64,000 bases of DNA, taken from Malacoraja senta (lineage: Eukaryota). Positions 11,572 through 23,639 of this stretch are shown one piece after another (within the stretch, counting starts at the first letter, position 1; every line of letters starts with the position of its first letter). Under the pieces are notes generated by a model. That model did no database searches. It had not been told where the DNA came from and saw nothing but the letters and a program-made list of their open reading frames with translations. The position numbers and the translations under genes were made by a program. Where the stretch lies: NCBI GenBank assembly GCA_038087875.1, contig JAXLNO010000113.1, positions 1 through 64,000 of the forward strand. The letters run 5' to 3'.

Positions 11572-14500
11572 ATGCAAGAGAATAGACAAATAAAGAACGG
11601 AGGAATTACGTTCTGCAGCTGGAATATAAGGGGTGCCAATGAACCAATTAAAAGGGGCAAGATTTTTGCCCAATTAAAATCATTCAATTCTGACATGGTC
11701 TTTTTGCAGGAAACACATATGAAACAACATACACAGATGAGACTGAAGGCAAATTGGATAGGTCAAACATATTATTCTTCATTTACTTCTAAATCTAGAG
11801 GTACGGCTATTATCATTCGAAAAGGTATACCATTTAAATTAAAGAATACTATATCAGATAAAGAGGGAAGGTATATTATAGTTTTGGGAGAAATTTACTC
11901 CACCCCATTGACTATGATAAATATTTATGCCCCAAATTTTGATAACCCCCAATTTTTAAATAAAATTCTGGATATAATATCAGAGTTTAATTACCAAAAT
12001 GTAATAATAGGGGGGTTCAATTGCGTTTTAGACCCATATTTAGACAAATCAGTAAAACAAAGGAGGGGTAACTTAAAATCTAAGACTAGTGAACTTCTAA
12101 ACACATATATAAAAAATACTAATATAACAGATGTATGGAGAATTGCTAACCCAACTGGAAGGGAATATTCGTTTTACTCATCGGTACATAAAACTTATTC
12201 ACGAATTGATTATTTCTTAGTGGATACAAAATTAATTCCATATACAATCAATCCTAAATACCACAACAGTATTATTTCCGATCACTCCCCTTATACTTTT
12301 CTATTAAAATTTGAGGGAATGCCGGGTAAAAAATCTTTCTGGAGGTTTAACGCCCAAACCTTAAACAATCCACAAGGTTATATATATATATCTAAAACAA
12401 CAAATGAAATTTTTTTTTGAGACAAATGATACACCAGGTATTTCACCTTCTTTATTATGGGAAACTTTCAAGGCATTTATCAGAGGAGTTATAATCTCAT
12501 ATCAAACTTTCCAAAATAAAAAGAATAAGACAGAACAACTGAAGTTAGAACAAGAAATCAGACAATTAGAGTTAGATAATGCCAAAGATCCAACTACAGA
12601 TAAACATAATAAGATAACACTATTGAAATTTAAACTTAACAGAATTTTATCGGCAAGAGTAGTAAGATTATTCCAAATTACAAAACAGGAACATTTTGAA
12701 TTTGGTGATAAACCACATAAACTTTTAGCTCGTCAATTGAAAAAACAAGAAAAGGAAAATACTATCACTAAAATTAAATCAGAGAAAGGTGAATTACTAA
12801 CATTACCTAAGGATATTAACAAAAGATTTGCTCAATTTTACCAACATTTATATACATCTAAAACTAAAACAGAAGATAGCAAAATTATAAATTTTTTAGA
12901 TAACTGTAATCTTCCAAAATTTGACCTCTCGGAACAAGAGGAATTAGGAGCTCAGATTACACTTGAAGAAATAGGAGAAACAATAAAATCGCTGGAAAAT
13001 GGTAAGACGCCTGGACCAGATGGTTTCAGCAATGAATTTTACAAAAGATTTCACGAATTAACGGCTCCACGTTTACTTAAATTATATACTCACGCCTTTA
13101 AAGAAAATAAACTACCAGAAACATTAGCTGAATCAACTATTACGCTTATACCCAAAAAAGATAAAGATTTGGAAGAACCAGGCTCATATAGAGCTATATC
13201 ACTTTTAAATACAGATCAGAAAATTTTAGCAAAGACCTTAGCAAGAAGATTGAGTAAATATATTAGTAAATTGATAAATCCAGATCAAACGGGGTTTATA
13301 CCCAAAAGACATTCATTTAATAATTTGAGACGCCTGTTTAATATAATGTACTCGCATAAAACGGAAGAAGATATATCAATTGTTTCTCTGGACGCAGAGA
13401 AAGCATTTGATCAGGTAGAGTGGCAGTATTTATATAAAGTACTGCAAAAATTTAATATGGGAGAGAATTTTATTGTATGGGTAAAATTATTATATGACAA
13501 ACCGACGGCAAGAATATTAACTAATAACATGTTATCTCCAAAATTTCAATTATCGAGGGGCAATAGGCAGGGATGTGCAATATCACCCCTGCTATTTGCC
13601 CTTATGATAGAGCCCTTAACTGAAAGTATAAGAATTCATCCAAATATTCGGGGATATAATACTAAGGACTCAAATAATAAAATTTCATTATACGCAGACG
13701 ATATACTTCTATACATTAAAAATTCGCAAACGAGCATACCAAACTTATTAAATTTAATAGAGGAATTCGGTTCTTTTTCAGGATACAGAATAAACTGGAA
13801 TAAAAGTGAAATCATGACGTTAAAACCTCAAGAATCGACACACCTATTAAAATTCCCCTTTAAAATTGCAACAGAAAAATGGAAGTATTTGGGTATCCAA
13901 ATTACTAGAAAATACAAATCATTATTTAATGCTAATTTTACGCCTTTATTAAATAAATTGAACGTGTTGATTAAATTCTGGAAAACACTCCCGTTGTCAT
14001 TAATAGGCAGAATAAACGCTATAAAAATGATCTTTTTACCACAAATATTATACCTATTTCAATCTATACCATTATACATACCAAAAAACTTCTTCAAAAT
14101 ACTAGACTTTAACATTACTAACTTTATTTGGGACTAGGGATCACATAGAATTCAAAGAAAACACCTGTGTAAACCCAAAGACGCTGGGGGACTTTCACTT
14201 CGAACTTTTTGTATTATTACTGGGCAGTGCATATTAAAAATATAATTTATTAGTTGGACAGTCCTACCCAACAGACAGAATGGATAAGAATGGAGAAAGA
14301 GGATTGTTCTCCTTGTAATATAGGAGCGATCCTCTTCTCCCCGATAAAACTGAACAACACAATATATAAGAATAATCCAATTATCCACAATACAATAAGA
14401 ATTTGGAAACAAATAAAATTAACTTAAAAATTAAGAAACCTGTTACTGTTAAGGCCAATAGTGAATAATCCTTCATTTAAACCATCTCTCACCGATAAAA

Positions 14501-15374
14501 TATATAACCAATGGGAAAGAATGGGAATTAAAAGGATCGGCGATATGTATGAAATGGGAAATCTGTTATCATTCCAACAATTACAATTAAAATTTAAGCT
14601 GAAAAATAACCAATATTTTAAATACCTTCAGATCTGCGACTTCATGAAGAAATATATACAAAGATATCAAACTTTAACTTTAGATCCACTGGAAGAAGCA
14701 ATGAATATTAAGGCTGACACAGAAATTAATATCATATTTATATAATAGTATTTTAAACATAGAACTACCATCGACAGAGGCACTTAGAGAAGATTGGGAA
14801 CGAGAATTAATGATAAAAATCACGAATGAAACATGGGAAAAGCATTTGATATATATACACAAATGTTCGATTAACGTAAGACATAACTTAATTCAATTCA
14901 AAATTCTACATAGATTATATTATTCAAAAACTGGACTGAATCAATTTTATCCAAATACTTCTCCCATTTGTGATAAATGTTTATCTCAAAATGCCACTAT
15001 AACACACTCTTTTGTTTCCTGCATAAAACTTCATAAATTCTGGAGTGACATCTTTGAAATATTTACAAAATTATTCAAGATAAAAATGGAGCCTAACTGA
15101 AATGATTATACTTGGAGTAACGGAAGATGGGAACAAACTGAACACATTTCAAAATTCATTTTTTAATTATGGGTTAATAACGGCAAAAAAACGTATACTT
15201 AAATTTTGGGAAAATACACCCATACCAACGCTTAAAATGTGGATTTCAAACATGTTGGAAACCGCACATCTTGAAGAAATGCGATTCCTCCTAACAGACA
15301 AAACAGACCAATTCTTAACGAGTTGGTCTCCATTTATCGACTTCTTGGAAGCATATGGTGCAACAAAATCGTAG
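11572..15374 (+). pseudogene. L1 ORF2 of copy C, disrupted
   Basis: SWNIRG, QETH, SRIDY, SDH, GPDG, DAEKAFD, RQGC, YADD, CDKC; several frameshifts and stops. Confidence 0.95.
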
Positions 15375-18300
15375 AAACCAACTGTTTCAGGACTGGGTGA
15401 AGGATGGTCAAGAATATAAATAACTATCTCCTACAATCTCCTACTCTCTACTTCTTTTTCTCTCTCTTTTTTTTCTTCCCTTCTTTCCCCCTTTTCCTTT
15501 TCACACATCTAGACATCACACACTTTTCTATTTCTTTATTACCTATTCTTTCTTTCTCTGTTTTATTGTTAAAGAAAAAAAAAAAGAAAAAAAAAAAGAA
15601 GGTAGGATTGTTTAACATTTCTAAAAGTGTGGTGAAACTGAAACGTAATTAAAGGCCAAACGAAGTAAAGTTGTCAAACAATAAAAAAAGCCCCCCAAAA
15701 ATCACATCCTTTCCTAATTTAAATGAACATTTTTTAATTGAGACATGATTTGTTATTAGTATCACCGATTGAGAATCAGCTACTTAAAACCAAAAGTCAA
15801 TTTTATATACATGGCGATAAATCTGGTAAATTATTCGCTAATCAGTTGAAAGCGGTGTCAGCCAAACGTCAGATTACTAAAGTGAGTAAACGGGATGGTA
15901 CATTGACTGTAGACCATGATGAAATTAATAAATCCTTTCAGAAATTCTATACCTCCCTATAGCAATCAGAATTTCCTACTGATTCCAATATAATGCATGA
16001 GTTTTTAAAGAAACTGAACTTGCCAAATTTACCACATAATGAGTCTCTGTTGTTAGACAAACCCATCACGGAGGAAGAAATACAGAAAGCAATCCTTTTG
16101 ATGAATTCTGGTAAAGCTCCTGGTTTAGATGGGTTCACATTGGAATTTTTAAAGTATTTCTCAAGTTTACTGTCTCCCTGGCTATGCAAGGTTTTTAAAG
16201 AAGCCTTTTCAATGAAAAGATTACCACAATCCTTTTATGAAGCATCTATTTCTTCAATTCTCAAAAAAGACAAAGATCCTATAAGTGACATCATATAGAC
16301 CTATATCACTGTTAAATGTAGATTAGAAAATTCTTTCCAAAATATTAATTATGAGATTGGAAAATATTTTACCGCAAATTATTTCTGAAGATCAGACAGG
16401 TTTTATTAAAAAATCATTTCTCACACTTTAACATTAGGAGATTAATGAATATCGTATATACAGCGTCAAATAAAACTTCAGAATGTGTCATTTCACTTGA
16501 TGCTGAGAAGGTGTTTGATAGAGTAGAATGGGAATACTTATTCAATACACTTGAAAAATTTAAGATTGGTCCAAAATTTATTTCTTGGATCAAGCTGATA
16601 TATCATATACCTCAGGCTTCTGTACTTACCAATAATCAGAGATCCCCTTTTTTCAGGCTCTTTCGAGGTACTAGACAGGGCTGTCCTTTAAGTCATTTTA
16701 CTGTTTGATATCGCTTTGGAACCTTTGGCCACCGCTATTAGGGAATCCCCTAATATTTCTGGTGTTGTCCGTGGGAATAATACACATAAGCTATCTCTTT
16801 ATGCAGATGATCTGTTATTATTCATTTCTAACCCTGAGAAATCTTTTCCGGCAATAGTAGCTCTACTTAATCAATTTAGTAGTTTTTCTGGTTATAAACT
16901 AAATCTTAGTAAGAGTGAGCTCTTTCCATTAAACAATCTAGTTTCGAATTATGGACAGTTTCCATTTAGATTGACTACCGAATGTTTTACTTATTTAGGC
17001 ATTAAAAATACCAAGAAACACAAGGATTTATTTAAAGCCAATTGTGCACCTTTAATTGACCACATCAAACAACAGTTCACTAAATGGTCACCAATGTCCT
17101 TATCTCTAATAGGCCGAATCAATGCTATTAAAATGTTTATCTTACCTAAATTTTTATACTTATTTCAGACGATACCAATTCTTATTCCTAAATCTTTCTT
17201 TGATATTATTGACTCCAAAATGTCCTTATATATATGGCAGAATAAAAATTCCAGACTAAGTAAAAAATACTTACAGAAAAAAAAAAATGGTGGTTTGGCA
17301 CTGCCGAACCTTAGATTTTACTATTGGGCAGTTAATCCTCGCTATTTAACGTTTTGGACAAAAGATTTAAAAGATACCCAATGTCCAGGATGGATAAATC
17401 TTGAACATGATTCTATGCAAGGGCTATCATTGGCTTCTATTCTAGGGGCCTCGTTACCTTTTACAATTACGAGATTGAATAAATATTGAGTAACGCAATA
17501 TTGACATACACTTCGAATATGGTTTCAATTTCATACGTTTTTTGGATTGAATGATTTTATTTTATCGAGTCCTATCATATCTAATTTTTTCTTCCAACCT
17601 TCTAGCACTGATCAAGCCTTTCTGTTATGGAAGAGGAAGGGATTAGTAGCTTTTCGTGATTTGTTTTCGGATGGTTGTTTTATGTCTTTTGAACAACTCT
17701 CCAATAAATATAATCTACCTCTCACATTTTTTTTAGATATTTACAAATTAGTCCCTTTTTACCGTTACCACATTAAATTGATATCTTGGAAAAATTGTTA
17801 TATTTGAACCCTTATCAGAAGGGCTTAATAACAACTATTTATGAGTTGATTTTGAAATTTAAAAAAGATACATTTGATAAAATTAAGAATGACTGGGAAA
17901 GAGAACTTCAAATTTCTTTAGCTATAGAGAAATGGGAGAGGATTCTTCAATTAGTTAATACTTCCTCAATGTGTGCAAGACACATCTTGATACAATTCAA
18001 GGTGGTTCACAGAGCTCATATGTCAAAAGATAACTTAGCTCATTTTTATGGTCAAATAAATCCTACCTGTGACATGTAATTCTGAAGTAGCCTCATTGAC
18101 TCATATGTTTTGGTCCTGCCCACTTTTGGAAAAATATTGGAAATAAATTTTTGATACTATCTCTGTAGTTTTAGGTATTGATTTACAACCTCATCCTGTA
18201 ACTGCAATTTTTGGGCTACCAATGTTAGATTCTATTCATCTGTCCCATTCCACCCATCGGCTGATTGCTTTTACCACATTAATTGCCAGAAGATCTATTT

Positions 18301-18874
18301 TATTTAAATGGAAATACTCTAATCCTCCGACCACACTCCATTGGTACTCTGAAATGATATCATGTTTAAATTTAGAAACAATTAGGAGTAACATTGTTGA
18401 ACCCTTGGTTAAATTTGATAGGACTTGGGGAAGATTTATTAAACATTTTCATACGACATAAATTGTCCCCTCTCCAACTGTTATAATAATTATTTTACCC
18501 TTATACGGTGGCACAGACTTGACGACAAACAGGAACGTAAATTGTTGAAATTCTTTGCAGCCCAGATTCTGTTTTGCTTTTTTTTTTTTAGTTTAGGGGT
18601 GTTTTGTTTTTTTCGTTTTTTCTCTTTTTTTCTTTTTTTTTTCTTTTTATCTTTTTGTTTTATACATATAAGCTCTTTTAAACACTTAACTATATTTACA
18701 TAGAGACCGGGAAGTCTATATTCAATGTGTATTTTGACTCATATTTAGGTTATACCTGCCATTAATGTAACCCTGTATCAATATCATTGTTATGCTTATC
18801 ATTTTTTTTTGTCTTGTTTTTGTTTTTGAAAAAAAACGAATAAAAAGATTTTAAAAGAAAGAAAATAAAGAATG

Positions 18875-19095
18875 TGGGGGCCTTGCACCCTGCATGAAAT
18901 GGTGTGAAACAGCATTTGAATTTGGTGGCCTTGCACCCTGCTTGAAATGGTATGAAACTGCACTTGAATTCGGTGGCCTTGCACCCTACTTGAAGTGGTA
19001 GGAAACTGCACTTGAATTCGGTGGCCTTGCACCCTGCTTGAAATGGTAGGAAAATGGATTTGAATTTGGTGGCCTTGCACCCTGTTTGAAATGGA
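18875..19095. repeat. 48-bp minisatellite (~4.5 copies) inside Helitron A
   Basis: Unit ggtggccttgcaccctgcttgaaatggta(t/g)gaaactgcacttgaattc. Confidence 0.9.
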
Positions 19096-19459
19096 ATTTC
19101 AAGGAATAGCCATGAGTCAACTGCCAGCCCACCAGCCATGAGTGAACTGCCAGCACATCAGGCTTGAGGGATTGAGCTGCCACCCCAAGAATCCACTTGG
19201 CCCACAATGTCCATACTAGCTCTCTGGAGACCAGTCCCTTCAGCCCACAACACCCATACCAGCACTCCACAAAGCCCCCCCCCCCACTGGCCACCAATAT
19301 TGGAATTGGTGGAGAGGTGGAATATTGCATTGGGGGACCAGCCCTCCCGTGTGAACATGGGACCCAAAGGGTCCCACTTAGTCTAGTTACTATATACAAG
19401 CACAATCCTAGATTAAGTAAAACGTAGATTTAAATTAAGTAAAAGAAATAGCCCACTGA

Positions 19460-19772
19460 GACAATACACTGGGAACAAAGGACCCGGTGTGGGGGGGACC
19501 GCCGTGGGGAGATGGGGGGGGAAGCAAAGGTCGACCTGGTGCTGCGGAGCCGCCGTGAGGGGGGGGGTGGGGAACATGGATGACCCGGCGTAGGGGAACG
19601 GCCGAGGGGGAGGACAAAGGCGGACCTAGCATGGGGGGAGCGCGGGAGAACAAAGGAGTACCTGGTATGGGATACTTTGTAACTTTGTCAGCACCGTTTA
19701 TGTGGCGACTATTTGCATACCTTGCAAGCAAAGAATTTCACTGTTACTTGTCACATGTGACAATAAAGTATT
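19460..19772 (+). mobile_element. Non-autonomous G-rich retroposon with Rex1-like 3' tail
   Basis: Loose gaacaaagg..acc..ggggg repeats, then gaatttcactgt..catgtgacaataaa and an (ATTC)n tail. Confidence 0.55.
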
Positions 19773-20283
19773 CATTCATTCATATTGAGAGTGTGGAAAG
19801 TAAGACGCTGTTTCCTCTTACCAGCCCTTTGTTCTTGCACCCACCGTTGTTGACTCCCTCCACCCTCCCCTGTCCACAGGGATGAGCAGAGGCCGGGCTC
19901 GGTGGGTTCCCTCTTCATCCTGCTGCTGGGGGGTAGCGTGGCATGACAGCCGTCTGGTGCTACTTTTGAAAAAGCTTCTATCATGCTAGATCACATCTGT
20001 GAGAGTAACAAGAATCCCTTCATCTTTAGAGCACCAACACAGCACATAGCCAATTAAGAAAATTGGTGTTTGAAGATCAAAACCTCAGACCTGGCACTGA
20101 AACCAGAGCCCACTAGACACCAACAATCTCTTATCCTATATACCTCTGAGACTTGGATTTTCCACTTCCAGGCAAGTTTTACATCAAATATAAATTAGCA
20201 GGTAACTGTGGTGCTTAGTGCCACAGAATGTAACTAAGGCAATGAGGTTTGATACATTTAAAGGGAGAATATTGAAAGAGAAA

Positions 20284-20371
20284 ATAGACAAAAAACTGGA
20301 GTAACTCAGCAGGACAGGCAGCATCTCTGGAGAGAAGGAATGAGTGAAGTTTCAGGTCGAGACCCTTCAGA
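20284..20371 (-). mobile_element. Penelope-derived terminal-repeat fragment
   Basis: agacaaaaaactggagtaactcagcaggacaggcagcatctctggag..ggtcgagacccttcaga, same repeat as the termini of 28572-29490. Confidence 0.7.
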
Positions 20372-21936
20372 ATATTGAAATGTTTGGACAGAAATGTTGA
20401 TAAGATTAGAAACAGGCTCGAGGAACATAAACCAGTTGGGTTCAATGGCCTATTTCAAAGCTGAAAATAATACATAGTATTTTCCCTTGTGTAGGAATAC
20501 AAAATTAGAGGTCATAAATACAAGTTGGCCACTATTGAATCTGTCAACCAATTTGGTAGATACCTATATTTAGAAGGGTGAGATGGTTAACATTATGCAT
20601 CAGGGATTAGTTGGGACAAGCTACAGGAATAGTTAAGAGGAAACTCAATAATTCAGGCAGGAAAATAAATCTGTACACAGGGATGGTTGAAGAAAGATTG
20701 GAAGAGTTTATGCAAAGCACAAACATTGGTGGCCTTTTGTATGCTGTATAATTTTATGTATTTAATCAAATTGTCTATGTTTGTTCCAGGGCCGGCCTTA
20801 GGAGGTGCGGGGCCCAATTGGGAACAATTTTCATAGAAATATAAATATATAATTATAAATGAGTCATATTCAGGCACGTGTCATGAGTAATATGACAGTC
20901 AGTCGGAGCGACTCTGGAGAGAAGACCTTTCTTCAGACTGAACTGAACTCTCGTCGGTGAGAGTACTTGTGATTGTCTGAAGAAGGGTCTCGACCAGAAA
21001 CGCAACCCTCTCCCCAGAGCCCCTGCCCGTCCCGCTGAGCCACCACAGACAGGAAGTTGAAGGTAGACACAGGGGGGTCCACCTTCAACTTCAGAGCCAA
21101 ACAAAAAACACAGAGGAACTCAACGAACAAGGCAGCACCCGCGGAGGGAATATATCACTTATTTTCACATGCATTTCTAAACGTAGTTTCCAGTGACCGT
21201 TTGACGAAGTAACTAGCAGTGCCAGTAATACACAACGCACCATGTCTGAGGCAGGGTGTCCAACCGCGGAGGTAATGTTCACCGAAAACATTTATTATAA
21301 ACGTGGAAACAACATACAAGGAAGGGTCCAAGGGTCACTTGGCCGAATAACGCTAGGCTACAGATAGACACAAAAAGCTGGAGTAACTCAACGGGACAGG
21401 CAGCATCCCCGGAGAGAAGGAATGGACAACGCTTGGCTATGGCAGCTTTCGGCCTCGTGAGTGTTATTAATATTGACCTCGGACACAAAAAAGCTGAAAC
21501 AGAGCAGGTGACTTATTTGAACTAACTTTAAAATCTCCAGTATTGCACTGCACCACATATGGACATGGTTCCATGTATCACAGAGAGACAAGACCACTGG
21601 AGATTTTAATAAATTTATTATTGGGTCTTGTGCTAATATTTCTAATAACATAACAAATACAAGAAATGTATGCCAAGGCAAGCCCATTACAGCAGCCCAT
21701 TGTTCGAACACATATGGCAGCTGTCAAATGCACCACTCTCCTTCCACCAGCACCCTGCCTCCACAGTCTACCTTCGATTTTCCAGCATCTGCAGTTCCTT
21801 CTTAAACACTATCTCACTTATCAGGAGCCGCCACGGGCCAGGACTCTCCCCCCCCTCCCCCCAACAGAAAGAAACCACAGATGCAGCCGTCACCGCAAAC
21901 CGTCTAAGAAGAAACTGCAGATGCTGGAAAATCTAA

Positions 21937-22111
21937 GGTAGACAAAAATGCTGGAGAAACTCAGCGGGTGAGGCAGCATCTATGGAGCGAAGGAAATAGC
22001 CAATGTTTTGGGCTAGGTCTGAAGAAGGGGTTCGACCCGAAACGTTGCCTATTTCCTTCGCTCCATAGATGCTGCCTCGCCCGCTGAGTTTCTCCAGCAT
22101 TTTTGTCTACC
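21937..22111. repeat. Penelope-derived fold-back (63-bp arms) inside the hAT
   Basis: 21937-21999 is the near-perfect reverse complement of 22049-22111. Confidence 0.9.
22014..22051 (+). ncRNA. Putative minimal type I hammerhead ribozyme (Penelope-type)
   Basis: Stem I UAGGU/GCCUA, core CUGAAGA plus an extra A, stem II GGG(G)-UUCG-(A)CCC, GAAA-C-GUU with essentially no stem III. Confidence 0.6.
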
Positions 22112-22359
22112 GCAAAACATCAATGGTTCTGGGAATGCCGAGGCAACAGGGTGAGAGAGAGGGAGTGAGAGAGCGAGAGAGAGACGAGATGGGGAGCGGG
22201 AGAGAGAGAGCGCGCGAGAGAGAGAGAGGGAGGGAGGGAGAGAGCGAAAGACAGAGAGACACAATGTGGGTCGGTAGGTAAATTGAATGACTAACCTGCC
22301 CACCAAGAAGCTCGCCAAGAAGAAGCCCTCAATCATGATGGTGAGTTTTAAGAAATTCT

Positions 22360-22532
22360 CAATGTGTCATCAATGCATCGATCTACATTCCTCAGTAAAT
22401 GTAATTGTGTTTTGAACAAGTATTAATGACGCCGCGTGAATTTTATTCAAAGGAACACAGTGTCATTAATACTTGTTCAAAACACAATTACATTTATTGA
22501 GGAATGTGGATCGATGCATTGATGACACATTG
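22360..22532. repeat. 71-bp-arm palindrome inside the hAT
   Basis: 22360-22430 vs 22462-22532, two mismatches, 31-nt loop. Confidence 0.92.
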
Positions 22533-23639
22533 TATAACTACTTGTTAACTACTGGCTGTTAACAAGTGCTACAATGGTAGTTAACAAATCGTTTGTGTCT
22601 GATGGCCGTGCGGTTGTTATCCATGTTCGTTTTGTAAAAAAATCCGTATGGCGAATGTTTTTTTAAAGTCTTTATTTAACAAAGCAAATTTGTAATTCCG
22701 TATGAAATACGGAAAATTAACGCAGGGGCCCCCCTTAGGCGCGGGGCCCAATTGGGAGAAATCGGCTTAAGGCCGGCCCTGGTTTGTTCAGAAGAAATTC
22801 AAATCTTTGGCCCTTCATTTGAACTGGAAACTGAAATAAAAGATGCCCTTAACAAGAATGAATAAACAGAAGCAGAAAGAAACAGTAAATAATTGTCAAA
22901 TTATTGCAGCCAATGGGATTAAATGAGCCGAGGGATGGAAAATGAAACTCAGCCAGCAGTTCCTGTTTCAGGACTGATACCAATGCTGTTTTTGATCTAG
23001 ATTAATAACAATGATGCAGGAAAGAATTTCAAAATTTACAGGTCACATTAAATTGAGAAATGTGCTTCTGAAGCTAGGAATCTCAGATGAACTGTGAGGC
23101 TGCGATGAACTGCAGAGGCTAGGAATGAGGCAAAAAGACACAGTGATGAAATGGACAAGTAAAAATGCACACTTATACATTGGTATTGGTATATTATTGT
23201 CACGTGTACTGAGATGTAGTGAAATACTTTGTTTGTATGCTATCCAGAGAAATCATACCATGCATGAGCACATCAGTATTGCAAGGGAGAAAAAGAAACA
23301 GAATGAAGAATATAGTGTTACAGCTACAGAGTAAGTGCAGAAAAAAAAGTGCAAGGGTAATGGTAAAGTAGGTTGGGAGATCAATAATTCATCTGTTACA
23401 TATTAGAGGTCTGTTCAAGAGTCTGATAACAGCAAGAAAGAACCTGTTCTTGAATCTGGTTGTTAATGCTTTCAATCACATTTTGGTAGGAAGAATGAAA
23501 AGAGATAATTCATGCTAAATGATAAAAATGTGATAAGTTACAAGAAGAGAATGCTTATGCACAAAACATTTAAGGCAACACAACAGTCTAAAAAGCATTT
23601 AATTAGACATAGATTACACAAGTTATCTCAAAGCTAAGC

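Larger units (their letters stand above)
9210..15699 (+). mobile_element. Full-length L1 copy C (~6.5 kb)
   Basis: 16-bp TSD aatcacatcctttcct (9194-9209, 15700-15715); 5' end acttccggtggcgccatgg; ORF1, 1.1-kb spacer, ORF2, aataaa and A-rich tail. Confidence 0.97.
8952..18872 (+). mobile_element. 5'-truncated L1 copy B (ORF2 remnant plus 3' UTR), host of L1 copy C
   Basis: Starts mid-endonuclease (KGVSIFI..NVYAPN), resumes at 15716, internal deletion near 15740; DAEKVFD, RQGCPLS, YADD; T-rich UTR and A-rich tail. Confidence 0.9.
8419..19386 (+). mobile_element. Non-autonomous Helitron A, split by nested L1s
   Basis: A|TTTATATTACTAAAAGTCTGATCTTG 5' end (TC read as TT); hairpin gggaccc-aaa-gggtccc then acttagtCTAG|T; no TSD; internal minisatellites; both termini homologous to 50625-57414. 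Confidence 0.8.
20787..22781. mobile_element. Non-autonomous hAT DNA transposon (~2.0 kb)
   Basis: Perfect 14-bp TIR CAGGGCCGGCCTTA / TAAGGCCGGCCCTG; perfect 8-bp TSD gtttgttc (20779-20786, 22782-22789); subterminal direct repeat gcggggcccaattggga; no transposase. Confidence 0.93.

Noticed and set aside
18762..19139. Repetitive Cys-containing ORFs
   Set aside because: Product of the 48-bp minisatellite
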